A DNA stretch of 64,000 nucleotides from Zootoca vivipara. Lineage: Eukaryota. This document shows positions 11,390-22,895 of the stretch, in pieces. A program made the translations under genes and the position numbers. Every line of letters begins with the position of its first letter. Within the stretch, counting starts at the first letter, position 1. The stretch spans positions 36,952,001 through 37,016,000 of the forward strand of contig NC_083286.1 of NCBI RefSeq assembly GCF_963506605.1. The letters run 5' to 3'. Below the pieces are notes generated by a model. That model was given only the letters and a program-made list of their open reading frames with translations. It made no database searches and was not told where the DNA came from.

Positions 11390-12050
11390 TTGAGTTGGGA
11401 CCCTCGGGGGCAAAGGCGGAGGACAGGCGAAGCGGCCGGGAAAGGCTGCACAACAAACCTCTGCCTCTTCCCTCCAATGCCGCCAAGGTGGCGCGAGGCC
11501 CCAGCCGAGCCGCTTTCTCGACTTCCCTCTCCCGAGGTCGGTAGGCAGGCAGGCAGGTAGCGCTTCCCCCCTCGACCGCCTTCCCTCCTGCGCTCTTTCC
11601 CCCTGCCCGCCCAAGGGCACCGGCCTCCGCTAGTCCCACGGGGCGAGGGACCCGGTTCCCCGCCGCTGGGCGCCGAAGCCTGGCTCAGAGGTGGGAGGCC
11701 CGGCTGTGCGCCAAACCCGCTCGCCTGGGGGGTGGTCTCCTGAGGCAGAAGCGCCTTAAAGGACTTACCTGAACGACCCTACTGGCGGCCGCCATCTTGC
11801 TGCCCATGGTGACCGCCCGCCCGGCCCAGGCAGGGGGAAGTGCTTGCCAACGGGGGCCCGGGCTTCGAGGAGGAGCGGGCGGCGGCCTAGCGAAGCGCCG
11901 CCCACGGGAGGGGCCTTGGCGGCGACGCTCAACCCACGGAACGGATCCGTCGGGCGGCTTCGGAGAAGAGGCCGGGCATCACACGCTGCGTTACTGAACT
12001 GCTCAGGGTTCAAGCGGACTCGCCTTGTCTGATTTTATCCTTAACAGCCG
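11390..12050 (-). promoter_or_regulatory. CpG island promoter of MRPS36 with a YY1-type CAAGATGGCGGC motif (11788-11799)
   Basis: CpG-dense region around exon 1; motif seen directly; boundaries approximate. Confidence 0.7.
11769..11807 (-). CDS. MRPS36: MRPS36/KGD4 (2-oxoglutarate dehydrogenase complex adaptor) exon 1
   Basis: MGSKMAAASRVVQ, CAG|GTAAGT donor. Confidence 0.95.
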
Positions 12051-12166
12051 AGGGGAAAAAAATAAGTAAAAAGTTCCTACTGGGACAGCGAGTCAGCGAG
12101 AGTGTGTTTTGTTTTGCATTTCAATTGGTTTCATTAGTGTAAGGCAAGTTATTCTCGAGAGGATGG

Positions 12167-12256
12167 TATAGCTGCCAAGTTTTCCCTTTTCTCACGAGGA
12201 AGCCTATTCAGCATAAGGGAATTTCCCTTTAAAAAAGGGAGAACTTGGCAGCTATG
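12167..12256. mobile_element. Short (about 90 bp) hAT-like MITE
   Basis: ATAGCTGCCAAGTT...AACTTGGCAGCTATG TIRs, TSD GAGGATGG. Confidence 0.8.
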
Positions 12257-12429
12257 GAGGATGGTCTTAGAGATGGTGTGTGTGTGTGTGTCCTAAAGCT
12301 ATCAAGAAACCAATAGCAATGGCCTGCTGGATTTATTTCCGTTGGGAACTACTTCATATGAGCCCTACTGGATCAGGCCTTTGGCCCACCTCGAGAAGCA
12401 TCCTGGTGCCACAGTGGCCAACTAGATAT

Positions 12430-13478
12430 TGTTATGGGGGGGGAACTGCTCCTTTTCCCTTGTGGGGTACCCAAGAGCCCATATAGAGTCCTTTTGTAGG
12501 TTCTCTGTTGGTAGGAGAAAATAACAGACCAGCCAGAGAATATTGAGAAGCAAAGCAGCTAGTAAGCCTGATCTTTATTAAACTGTTGCAACAGGGTCCT
12601 CACTCACAAGCAAGAAAGAGGAACCCTGAGCTATAGACCTTTTAAATTGCCCACCCTCAAACTCCAGACCACCCCCAGAAATATCATACATACATCACAG
12701 AAGGGGTGTATCCCAGGACCACCTCCCCTAACGCATCATACATACATCACAGGGGAGGTCTAAAACAGAATCCTGAGTGTGTTTTATCTCCTGTCTGGCA
12801 GGTTACCTGATTGCATTATCTGGGTTTTGGCCACTCTTGTTACTACAGTCATACCTCGACATCTGAACGCTTCGACTTCCGAAGGTTTCAACTTCCAAAG
12901 TCGACAACCCCGGAGGAAGTCTTTTCGCACATGCGCAGAAGTGCAAAATCACGCTTTAAGTATGCGCCGGCCGCGCACTTCGACATCCAAAAACCTCGAC
13001 TTACGAAGACGGCCGCGGCACCTCAGGTTAAGAACTTAATTTGTTCCAGAGGTCCGTTCTTAACCTGAGGTACCACTTTAGCTAATGGGGCCTCCCACAG
13101 CCGCTGCCGCACGATTTAAGTTCTCATCCTGAAGCAAAGTTCTTAACCCGAGGTACTATTTCTGGGTTAGCAGAGTCTGTAACCTGAAGCGTCTATAACC
13201 TGAAGTGTCTGTAACCCGAGGTACCGGTACCACTGTGCTCAATTTCTGAATACAGGTCACAGGCTCACCCTATTCACACCTTAAATGTGCCCTTAAGGCA
13301 GGATTGGTGAGCATTTCCTCCATCCTTGCAGAGAAACATTTGGTCAGTTTGGGAGTCAAAATGGTTTCAGGACTGCCTTCCTGTACTGTTTCAGACATGT
13401 GGTTTATGTATTTGTGTACGGTATGTGTTTGCCTTGTATATTTAATTTACATATTTGAGACCTTAAATTCTTATAACA
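12430..13478 (-). mobile_element. Solo-LTR-like element with a nested MITE
   Basis: TGTTAT...ATAACA termini; internal AATAAAGATCAGGCTTA; homologous to 37360-38715. Confidence 0.65.
12846..13235. mobile_element. Composite Tigger-like MITE(s) inside an LTR-like element
   Basis: TA-CAGTCATACCTC start; right part nearly identical to 27920-28111. Confidence 0.7.
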
Positions 13479-13542
13479 ATACCTACGGCAAGTCTGCAAG
13501 CAGAACTGCTCTCTCCCATCCTGTAGTATAGCTTCCACAGTG

Positions 13543-13561
13543 GAGAGAGAGAGAGAGAGAG
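13543..13561. repeat. (GA)n microsatellite
   Basis: Seen directly. Confidence 0.85.
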
Positions 13562-14490
13562 CATAGCCATTATGGTTGGTAGCCTTCAGTAGGCTTTATC
13601 CTCCAAGGTTTGCCTAAATTCTCCTTTAAACCATCTGGCTTGGTGGCCGTCACTGCCTCTTGTGGGACCAAATTCCATGGTTTTAAATATGTGCTGCGTG
13701 AAGAAGTACTGGTACTTTATTCTGTCTGTTCTGAATCTTCCAACATTTAGCTCCATAGGATAGCCACAAGTCTAATGTTATGAGGAAGAATAACTTGCCT
13801 TGATCCACTTTCTCCATGGCATTATCACACGCATTTATATCATGTCACCTATTAGCTAAATTAAAAAACACCTCCAAATGCTGCAACCTTTCCTTATAGG
13901 AGAATTGTTCCAATTCCTTGAGCATTTTGCTTTTCACTTTTTGGAACGTTTTCCAACTCAACAATAACATTTTTGAAGTAAGGCAACCAGAACTATGCAC
14001 AGTAGGAATACAATATAGATTTGTATAATTTGCAATATAGATTTGTATAATGGCATTATGCTATCAGCAGCTGTATTTTTAATTCTTTCCTAATGATCCC
14101 TAGCATGGAAGTTACATTTTTTGCAACTGCTACGTAGTGGGTCAACATGACCGCAAGATCTTGTGTATTTATTTTTTTATTATTGTTCCTGGCCAATCAC
14201 CACCAGTTCATACTCCATGAGCATATATGTGAAATATATATATTTTTGCCCCAGAATGCATCACTCTACAACTGTTTATCCTGAAATGCATTTGCCATTT
14301 TACTACCAATTCACTCAGTTAGGATGGGTTCTTTGGGAGGTCTGTGCAATCCCTCCTTTATTTTAATGTCCTGGACAACTTAGTATTTTCAGCAAACATG
14401 GTCATGTCACTGCTCACTCCTAGCTCCAGATTGCTTATAAACAAGTTAAAAGCACAGCTCCAAAAGCCAATCATTGGGGGACTCCACTTG
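13560..14490 (-). mobile_element. Old, degraded CR1-like LINE fragment
   Basis: Reverse-strand remnants of CR1 ORF2 3' motifs; boundaries approximate. Confidence 0.55.
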
Positions 14491-14743
14491 TTACCCCCCT
14501 CCCTTTATAGAACCATTCCTGATCTACAAGAGTTATTTATTTTATTTATATATCACCCTTCATCTGAGGACCACAGAACAGTTCACAACATAAAAATACA
14601 AAATGAATATGCAAAATACACAATAAAAGCAAAGCAAACCAATAACCATCCTTCCATAAGAGGGCCACATATTATTCCCATGAGTGCTAAGCTTGTAAGA
14701 GGTTTGAACCCTCCAAACCATATAGGAGAACACACAAAGCTGT

Positions 14744-14749
14744 TTTATT
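14744..14749 (-). terminator. Candidate poly(A) signal AATAAA for CENPH
   Basis: First canonical hexamer I found after the stop codon, followed by GU-rich TTTGTGTGTT. Confidence 0.5.
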
Positions 14750-15546
14750 TCACTGTAAAAGCAGCCAATACTATGGCATAACATGTATAAACAATACTAG
14801 AACTCTAACCTATGGTCATGCTACAGTAACATTTCTTTACCCCTGTCCTTCCCTTCATTATGTTCCTCATAATTTTAGATTTTAAGTTCCTTGGAGTCAG
14901 GCATCTAACTTTTTTTTATGAAACACTTAAATACACAATGTTACATGTATATTGATGGCACTGCAATAATAGCAGCAGCCAACTATTTAAATGCACAACA
15001 GTTAACTAAACATGTATAACATACCATTGTAGTGAAATGGCTTTGGAAATCCATTTAACATTACAAAAATGATCCCTCAAAATGCTAAGCTGCTTTCCAC
15101 TGTCACACATAAAAATGATGTGCTAGTTATAGGTGGTAAAGAAAGTCCAAATGTAAGGAAAGGCAATCCTGCCTTCCCAGCAGGAAACAAGATTTAAAAG
15201 GCAAACCTATTGCTCTGTTTTCATTCCAAGGCAACAGCCAATAATTTCTTTGGCAATTGAGGAGGCGATGGGAATAATGTTGCAGTTACAGTACAATACT
15301 CTCTGTTAATAGCTCCTTCCATAAAACTGGAATGCTTCTTCCAAGGTAGAGCAAACAAATCTAGCCATTAAGTCAGGCACCATATTTTACAGCAGGAAGT
15401 TCTCAAGTCCATCTGTGCATCAATATAATTAAGCGCCACTGCAGTTATGATTATGAAAACACACCTCTTTGTCACAATAGCTTGTCAGACTACTGCTTCT
15501 CCTCTGAATTAGCAAACCATAGAAAATGTACTGCTCTGCTTCTTCT

Positions 15547-15639
15547 TCACATTCTAGTCACATTTTTCTCCAGTTGCAGAACAATTTCCTTCAAAGCTGG
15601 ATCTTCTAGCCAATTGACCTGACTTCCAGTAATGAGCTT
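15547..15639 (-). CDS. CENPH: CENPH exon 9 (terminal)
   Basis: KLITGSQVNWLEDPALKEIVLQLEKNVTRM*. Confidence 0.95.
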   Translation of the reverse strand, partial: KLITGSQVNWLEDPALKEIVLQLEKNVTRM

Positions 15640-16166
15640 CTGAAACAAAATCAGTTTGTTTAGCTTTTAAAGAAATACTTCAGATACTCCATGCTCCCAA
15701 TTATGGGGTTGCTTTAAGATGCAAACATACACGTTTCAATTAAAGGTTCACTTAGGTTGCACCTTATTGTTGCAGATATTATATATTTTCAGTATTGTTG
15801 CAGATATATATTTTCCGTATTTACAATCTTTAAACATTACACAAGGCCATTATTTTCAGCAAACGGAACTCTCTTCAGGATGTCAATACTAAAAAAGGAA
15901 TAAAAATGTGGGCTGATAAAAGAAAGTGGTTATGCATCGTGCAAGTTATATGATTGGTCATTCTCCATCTATGTGCAGACATTTTAAAGTTTAATATATT
16001 AAACTGTCAATAGATCACAAAATTCCCCAGTAAAAGCAGCTTTCTCATCAGTAAAGTCATTCTTGCTACCGGTAGTAGGATATAAATTGACTCAATTTAT
16101 ATTTAGTACAGATTTGTCAGAGGTGATCAAAATGAACTAATCTGTCCTTCTCAGAGGCAGTTTTAC

Positions 16167-16330
16167 CTGGAAGATGTTTTGAATCAATGTCGTCATCTCA
16201 ATTTCCTTTTGCAGTTTTCCACGGGCCTTCTTCAACATTTCACTCACTTCCATATTCTCCAGTTCCTCTTTTTGTTTCATTTTCATATTATGTATATCTG
16301 CTAGTTTGCAATCTATTGCTTGCCTTAGTG
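16167..16330 (-). CDS. CENPH: CENPH exon 8
   Basis: LRQAIDCKLADIHNMK...EIEMTTLIQNIFQ, 164 nt. Confidence 0.92.
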
Positions 16331-16447
16331 CTTTTGAATTATGAGGAGAAAAATATGAAACTATGAACTTGATAATTTCCCAAACCCTAGTGCAAGAAAA
16401 GGCTTTGTAGTGATTGATTTATGACACAATTTAAAAATAAATAAATA

Positions 16448-16672
16448 CAGTTGTACCTGGAACTCATAAGTTTTGGCTTCCAAACACCGCAAACCCAGAA
16501 GTGATTGTTCTGGTTTGTGAACATTCTTTTGGAACCTGAACATCTGACAGGGCTTCTGATTGGCTGCAGGAGCTTCCTGCAGCCAATCAGAAGCCACAAT
16601 TTGGTTTTCGAACATTTTGGAAGTCGAACAGACTTCCAGAATGGATTGTGTTTGAGTTCTAAGGTATGACTG
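16448..16672. mobile_element. Tc1/mariner MITE
   Basis: TA-CAGTTGTACCT...AGGTATGACTG-TA. Confidence 0.75.
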
Positions 16673-17924
16673 TATGCCTCCATTCCACACACCATGCTTA
16701 AACCTTTAGAACTCTAAACACATGTAGAGTTTTATCCAATGCTGCTGTTTTGTGAACAGAACAGACTTCCATCTGACGCAACTTCAATTCCCTTTCCTTC
16801 CCCCCCCCTCCTGCAGCCATCTGCGCATCCTCAAAAGTTGCTCCACAGGGTTTGGGGACCTTCCAGAGCAGATTTAGGGGCATGCATAGTATTAATACAA
16901 CCAATAAAGAGCTACAATACACTTAAAGAAGCTACTACAATGCAAGTATTGCATTTCAACACTGCTTGTAAAAAGTAGCAAGTCAGCACCAGGTAGTGAA
17001 CAAAGATCAAAGGTAAGTGATCTTATATACTAATTGCAAACTTGACTGGGGAGTGCCTGGCTGTTTAGAAGCAAAATGGACCAATGAAAAATCAAGGTAC
17101 TGGCTTCTACATACTAAGGGGATTCCCCGTGTATGCAGAAGTATATATAAATGTGCAAATGAAAACAAGTTCTGCTGATTCTACAAAAAACTTAGTTTTG
17201 GAAGAAAGTGTGTACACATTAAGGCAGGTCTGTGTGGGTGGGGGCAGCCAGGCCCACTTGCCCTGGGCATCGGAGGGCTAAGCTAGCCAAGGGGCCCTCC
17301 AGACATGCTGTCGTGCCAAGAACGCCCTGTGACAGACCAGGGACTTATTGGGTGAAACACCTATGCCTGTCTGTATGCACTGCGAGGCTTTGATAGTAAA
17401 ATATGGACCTGCGTTACTGCGTACTAGTGTGTAGTGTCAGGTCAGATTAGGCGTTGGCCTTCTCTCGCGGACAAGCCTCCCGCCCTGGGCTTCATACAAG
17501 CTCTGCATGGACCTGCATTAAGGTGGTAATATGGCTTAAGGTTCTTTTCTAATGAAAACATGAGTAAAGCAAGTGGCAGTAATCATCCAGTAAATCCAGA
17601 ATTGGAGTAGTTAACAGAAAGCTTTGTGGGGATGCTTACCTATCTCCGTTATTGTTCTTGCATGCCCACAGAAAGAAACCTTAGCATCTGTGTAATTGCC
17701 CACAATGGTACTGTGATGTGGCCTTTATACTATTCTTGAGACACCTTCCTTCCCACAACCCTTTTGCACTAACCGCCAGACTGACTATCCATGAGAATTT
17801 ATAACGTGCACATCCATCATTGGGTGGAATGATAATGTTTCCAACACACTCTCATTTTCATGCCACACCACCTTTATAAGATACAAAAGGGAAACTGGTA
17901 TTTCACTACCGTTAAAAAACTTAC

Positions 17925-17976
17925 GTTGTTTTCTCCGCTTAACTTCATTCAATTTTTCTTCCAGTTCACGTGACTG
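17925..17976 (-). CDS. CENPH: CENPH exon 7
   Basis: QSRELEEKLNEVKRRKQ, 52 nt. Confidence 0.92.
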
Positions 17977-18039
17977 CTATATTAAAAAAGCAGTTCATTA
18001 ATATATTTTGTAAAAAATATCTACCCCAGTTGTCAGAGT

Positions 18040-18740
18040 AATACTTGTTGGCATCTGTCTACCTCGAGAGACAATGGAGTGCTCTTCCAGAGGTGAAGTC
18101 AAAACACTGATTTAGCAGCACCAAAGTGACCTCCCTGGGGCATTAGCCTGAGCAGTGTGTATGGAGGTTCTGGGATGCCCAGATGACAAGACCTCCTCCT
18201 CTCGGCCTCGCTGATGTGGTCCAAAGGAAAGCAGAGAAATATATTTGGCACCAACTTGGCTGCAGGAGTTGCCAGAAGGTGTACAAGATGCCATCCAACC
18301 ACCTTAAGGAGTCCATTCCAGGTTTGTGTAGGGTTTACTCCTTAGGACTTTCTTCTCCTGAAGATGTCCCACAAGGCAGTAGAGGTTTGGGATCAGTTTT
18401 CCTCCTCCTACATGGACTACCTTCCCAGATAAGCCCCATCTGCCCCTCACTTCTCTATACAGCATGTGCAGAAACCAACTTCTTGAACATTGGACTCACT
18501 ATTGCTCTCATCCACTCAATCTGCCAGAACCTGTCTTCACATATTCGGAAGTCCCTTATTCACTGAGGGTTTGGGACCCATCGGCTCCCCTCACCTGGTT
18601 TAGCTGGCCAGTGAAAGCCGTTCCCGGGGTGTGGTTACTGTTGTATGCTGACAGCTTCTAGGAGCCACAAGTGCAACGTGGGGACTAAAGGTGGACAAGG
18701 TACCCTGAAAAGAGCACAGTGTGTGTCACCCCCCCACTAC
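18040..18740. mobile_element. Probable RTE-clade LINE-derived fragment
   Basis: GC-richer block resembling repeats I recall from squamate genomes; family assignment and boundaries uncertain. Confidence 0.4.
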
Positions 18741-18831
18741 CCCACCCCTGACACCCCAAAGTAGTACTGTAACTGTGAATATTAACTTTAGGACTTTTCT
18801 TTAGGAGAAAAAGTAGTATGTAAACACAGTA

Positions 18832-19005
18832 CAGTCATACCTCATGTTGCGTCCGCTTCAGGATGCGTCTTTTCATCTTGCAAACGCGGCAAACCTGGAC
18901 GTTTTGTCACGTGCGCATGCGCAGAAACGCCACTCTGGTTGCGGACTTTTCGGGGTGCGAATGGCACCCTGGAACGGATCGTGTCCGCAACCAGAGGTAC
19001 CACTG
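18832..19005. mobile_element. Tc1/mariner MITE
   Basis: TA-CAGTCATACCTC...GAGGTACCACTG-TA. Confidence 0.8.
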
Positions 19006-19105
19006 TAACTTTTTAAAGTACAGCTACACTTGTAGCTACCATGGGTTGCAAATATATATTTTCTAGACAATGAGCCTTAAAGTTTTTGACAGGAATGATA
19101 CTTGC

Positions 19106-19169
19106 CTGCTTTGATTTAATTACTGCAGTACTAAGCATCATAATGTGTTCTATAGTCTCCCAGATCAAC
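19106..19169 (-). CDS. CENPH: CENPH exon 6 (GC donor)
   Basis: LIWETIEHIMMLSTAVIKSKQ, 64 nt, ends CAG|GCAAGT. Confidence 0.88.
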
Positions 19170-19996
19170 CTAATGAAAGCATAAACAGAAATCAGAATGA
19201 CCCTGAGGCCCATACAATCAACTCAAACTTATATGCAAATGCACTTAAACAGAAACCTGATGCCCTTATCTTCTAAGAAAAGCTTATATAGGGACATATA
19301 AAGTTGTCTTACGTCAAAGAAGACCCCCGGTCCACCTAGCTCAGTACTGTTTACACTGACTGGCAGTGACTCTTCAGGGTTTCAGATAGAAGACATTCCC
19401 AGCAAAGCATGCAAAGCTCTACCATTGAACTACAGCCCTTTCTCTTTGGGATGGGGTGATTTGGAGTGAATATGCAGTGTTGGATCAAGCTGCTTAATTC
19501 TTTCTCTGGCTGTGGTTTTCTACTGTAAATCACCCCTTCCCACGTTGTTCTTTTCCCTACAGAGTTTCAAATGTGTTTCGCACAGGGGGAGTTGCAGCAG
19601 AGAGCACTGGCCAAAGATTAAGCAGCCCCCATACTGCTATTTCTCTCCAAATTATCCCATCCCAAAATGGTTGGTATTTTGTTGTGCATTTTGAGTGTAG
19701 CATTTCATTTGGTCCTTAGTTTACACCAGGGCTGCAGAACTCTTGAGTCTTCCAGGTGTTGGCCAATTCCCATCAACCGGGATGGCCGATAGTCAGGGAT
19801 TATGGAAAATATATTTTGGACTCTTGGTTAAGACATTATTGACACATTTTCCCTGCAGTATGACCCAGCTTTGTATGTTTTACTGAACATGATACGTATA
19901 TGGTTTTATTCTGTATTTTGTTATATTATATCATATTGAGTTTCTTGCTTTGGTGCCTAGATATCTTTATATTGAGTGGTGTAGAAACTGATTGAT

Positions 19997-20019
19997 AAAC
20001 AAACAAACAAACAAACAAA
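19997..20019. repeat. (AAAC)n microsatellite
   Basis: Seen directly. Confidence 0.85.
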
Positions 20020-21026
20020 TTTAGTCTAACAACATCTGGAGGGCCACAGATTCCCCACCCTTGGTTTAAATCTATTCACAGACTCAATTTAAGTGAAGGC
20101 AGTTTGACTTCAATCCACTTTTCTCTAACAAAAAGAGTTGAAAACTGCCTGCACCAGATCAGGTCTAAAAGCCAGGTGATGGGGGTATTTCTAATGGCCA
20201 AATATTCATATATAAAGAGATCTGTCTTTGGCTTTTACTAGCACTTCTATGTGTGTATTATGCCAGCTAAACATGCAACACACCTGGACATCAAAATATT
20301 CATCTGCAGCTGCAGCAAGTTGCAAGCAGTGAAAAACAACAATAGAAATGCAGTATTTAGAGAAAAAGTCTCAAAAGTACATGTTATGGCACCAGCACCT
20401 GTGTGTTGTAATGCAGATTTGGTCAAGTTCCTATGAAGCAAAAGGGGCTGGAACCATTTAAAAATCAGGGTGGGGACAGCAGCATGCTAGACTGCCCACT
20501 TTTTTATTGTCCATGTTTTCCCCTCCTCAGCTGTTTTCTTCCTAAGGAAGTTACTTCCACTGTTATGACTTCCCTGTGAGAAACAGCCAAAACATGTTAT
20601 GGGGAGGTAAATGACATAGGCGCTTACTCTGTAAGTGGATGCTGCCCAACAAACAAACCATAAACAAAAGCAGCAGCTGCCTTCTACAAAAATCAGCAAC
20701 AGCACAATTCTAAGGAACATGTTTGCTGAGATCACAGCTAATTTTAACCTGATTCTAGTTTTAAACTGTATCCCAGTTGTGGTTAAATGGAACCACAGTA
20801 TGAGAGTTTTACAAAGGACTAAAATAGGGCATTGTGACAGCTGATTTAAACCACCTATAAGGGATTAGAAATTTCATCTAGGAATATCAGTTGTCTAACC
20901 AGAGTGCCTTTCTGAAATATTCTATTACCCACAGAAGCAGTATTTGCATATCAATTCCATAGTCATTAAACAAGCTACAAATACCCGTATCAGTTTAAAG
21001 AACTCCTTGGACTTTCAAATCCTTAC

Positions 21027-21083
21027 TTTGAGTTGTCATCATTGTTCCTCAGCTTGGCTCTAAGTGCATCATTTACTTGCAAC
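21027..21083 (-). CDS. CENPH: CENPH exon 5
   Basis: LQVNDALRAKLRNNDDNS, 57 nt. Confidence 0.9.
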
Positions 21084-21529
21084 CTATACAGAAGAAGAAA
21101 AGTAGGATGTGTTCTGAGGAAATGCATGACAGTGTGTCTAAGACATTTATAGAGGAAATAAGAACTGGATTCTTAGATATTTTTTCTGCTTTCATATACA
21201 CATTTCCATGAACAAGTGATGCACCATAACCTACTGGCTAAACATTACAGACCACATCAGAGTATTTCAAAGATCAAGATGTATATAAAACTTTGTATAG
21301 TAAGGAAGCTTGTGTTTGTATTTCTGAGGAAATTACAATAATATATTTTATTTCAGTTAGTGGTTAAGCTGTTTCATGTGTTAAACATCATAGATTTTAT
21401 TTATAAATTCACTAAACCATTTTTAAAAAGAGACAGACATATATGAAGTTCAATAGAAGGCAGCTGCAGAATAAAAAGTTGTCTAATGCTCAATTTTATA
21501 AAGCATAAAAATTACTATTAAGTAATTTC

Positions 21530-22547
21530 TAAAGAGTGCATGATCAAATGGGCAGTAGACTTAGGTTACAATATTGGTATCGATCAATGGCAAAACCTAT
21601 GGAAAAATCAAATTAAATTTACTGCATGCACTCTTTTAAAAGAAAACATCATGAAAATGATGTTTAGATGGCACCTTACGCCGGTTAAATTGGCAAAAAT
21701 CAACAAGTCTAATAATAAAAAATGCTGGAAGTGTAACATCAAAGAAGGGGACTTTTACCATATGTGGTGGCTTTGTGATAAGGTTAAGATCTACTGGGAG
21801 CAAATATACAATGAATTAAAAAGACTGCTACGATACACGTTCCCAAAGAGACCAGAAGAAATGTTATTAGGTATCTTAAGTAGAAGTATAAAGAAAGAAG
21901 ACCATAAACTTTTCATGTATGCCACCACGGCCGCAAGAGTTATTTTAGCTCAAAAGTGGAGAACAATGGAAATGTCTACGATAGAAGATTGGAGGGAGAA
22001 GCTGTTAGAATACTCAGAGCTGGCTAGGCTAACGGGGAGAATTAGGGATCAAAAACAACAAAAGTTTCAAAAAGAATGGGAAAAATTTACGATGTATAGG
22101 AAAGACTCTTGTAAAATTTAAATAAAGATAGACCAAGGGAAAAAGGAAAACTAGTAGATTATTATTATAAGATGCAACAAGAGAGTACGTAACCAGGACG
22201 TAAAACAAATCGAGTGGAAATACAATTGAAAAAAAGGTATCTGGAAGAATATATAATGGGACGAAATTAATCGGAGGGGAAAGAAAACCAAAGAGAGAGA
22301 GGAGGAAGTCAAGTTGGGGAAAATGAGGTAAAAGATAAAAGCAAAGAACAGGAAGAAAAATGCAAATATTCGAGACACAAGCCCAGGTTGACAATTGGTA
22401 TGAAAGGATACTTTATTTAGATAAATGTCACAAATGGATACCTGTGGTTTCTTTATCTTTTATGTATAGAGTAACTTTTTTCTTCGTTTCTATGTGATTT
22501 GGTACTGTATATAGTTGTAAAATCAATAAAAAGTATATTTTTTTAAA
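21530..22547 (+). mobile_element. 5'-truncated L1-clade LINE (ORF2 C-terminus plus 3'UTR), antisense in CENPH intron 4
   Basis: CWKC...HMWWLC zinc knuckle in a 193-aa ORF; AATAAA plus A tract; 23-bp TSD AAAAATTACTATTAAGTAATTTC. Confidence 0.88.
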
Positions 22548-22820
22548 AAAAATTACTATTAAGTAATTTCACATATGTAACTTTGCTGCACAATCAAGCA
22601 CTGAGTTGGATGCACAAGCCCATTAATTTCAGTGGATCCTAATTCCAGATAACATTTGCAGGATTGTGGCTTGGATTTTTTAACTTCCATGTGGCAAGAA
22701 TCTGACCAAACAAGCCATCTCTGTGGTAACACAGTATATTTTCAATTCCTCCAATCTACATTAGTTCTTCATTCATGTCATATGCTATACTTCAACTTTT
22801 CAGAAAGATTGAATCTTTAC

Positions 22821-22895
22821 CTTTGTAATGCCAAAGTTTTGTGTTTGTGTGATAGCTTCAATTCTTCCAATTCCTTTCCCAAGTCTTCTATTGCA
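22821..22895 (-). CDS. CENPH: CENPH exon 4
   Basis: AIEDLGKELEELKLSHKHKTLALQ, 75 nt. Confidence 0.92.

Larger units (their letters stand above)
6241..11807 (-). other. MRPS36: MRPS36/KGD4 gene CDS span: join(11769-11807, 9049-9112, 8166-8368, 6241-6258), 107 aa
   Basis: Four exons join in frame with GT-AG introns; MGSKMAAASRVVQ...LPQKYRRKPMSVEEMEYIQRGGPE*. Confidence 0.95.

Noticed and set aside
11229-12032. Several overlapping ORFs at the MRPS36 promoter
   Set aside because: CpG-island artefacts with no recognisable protein.
21540-22121. 193-aa ORF as a possible nested host gene
   Set aside because: It is the L1 ORF2 C-terminus inside a TSD-bounded insertion.
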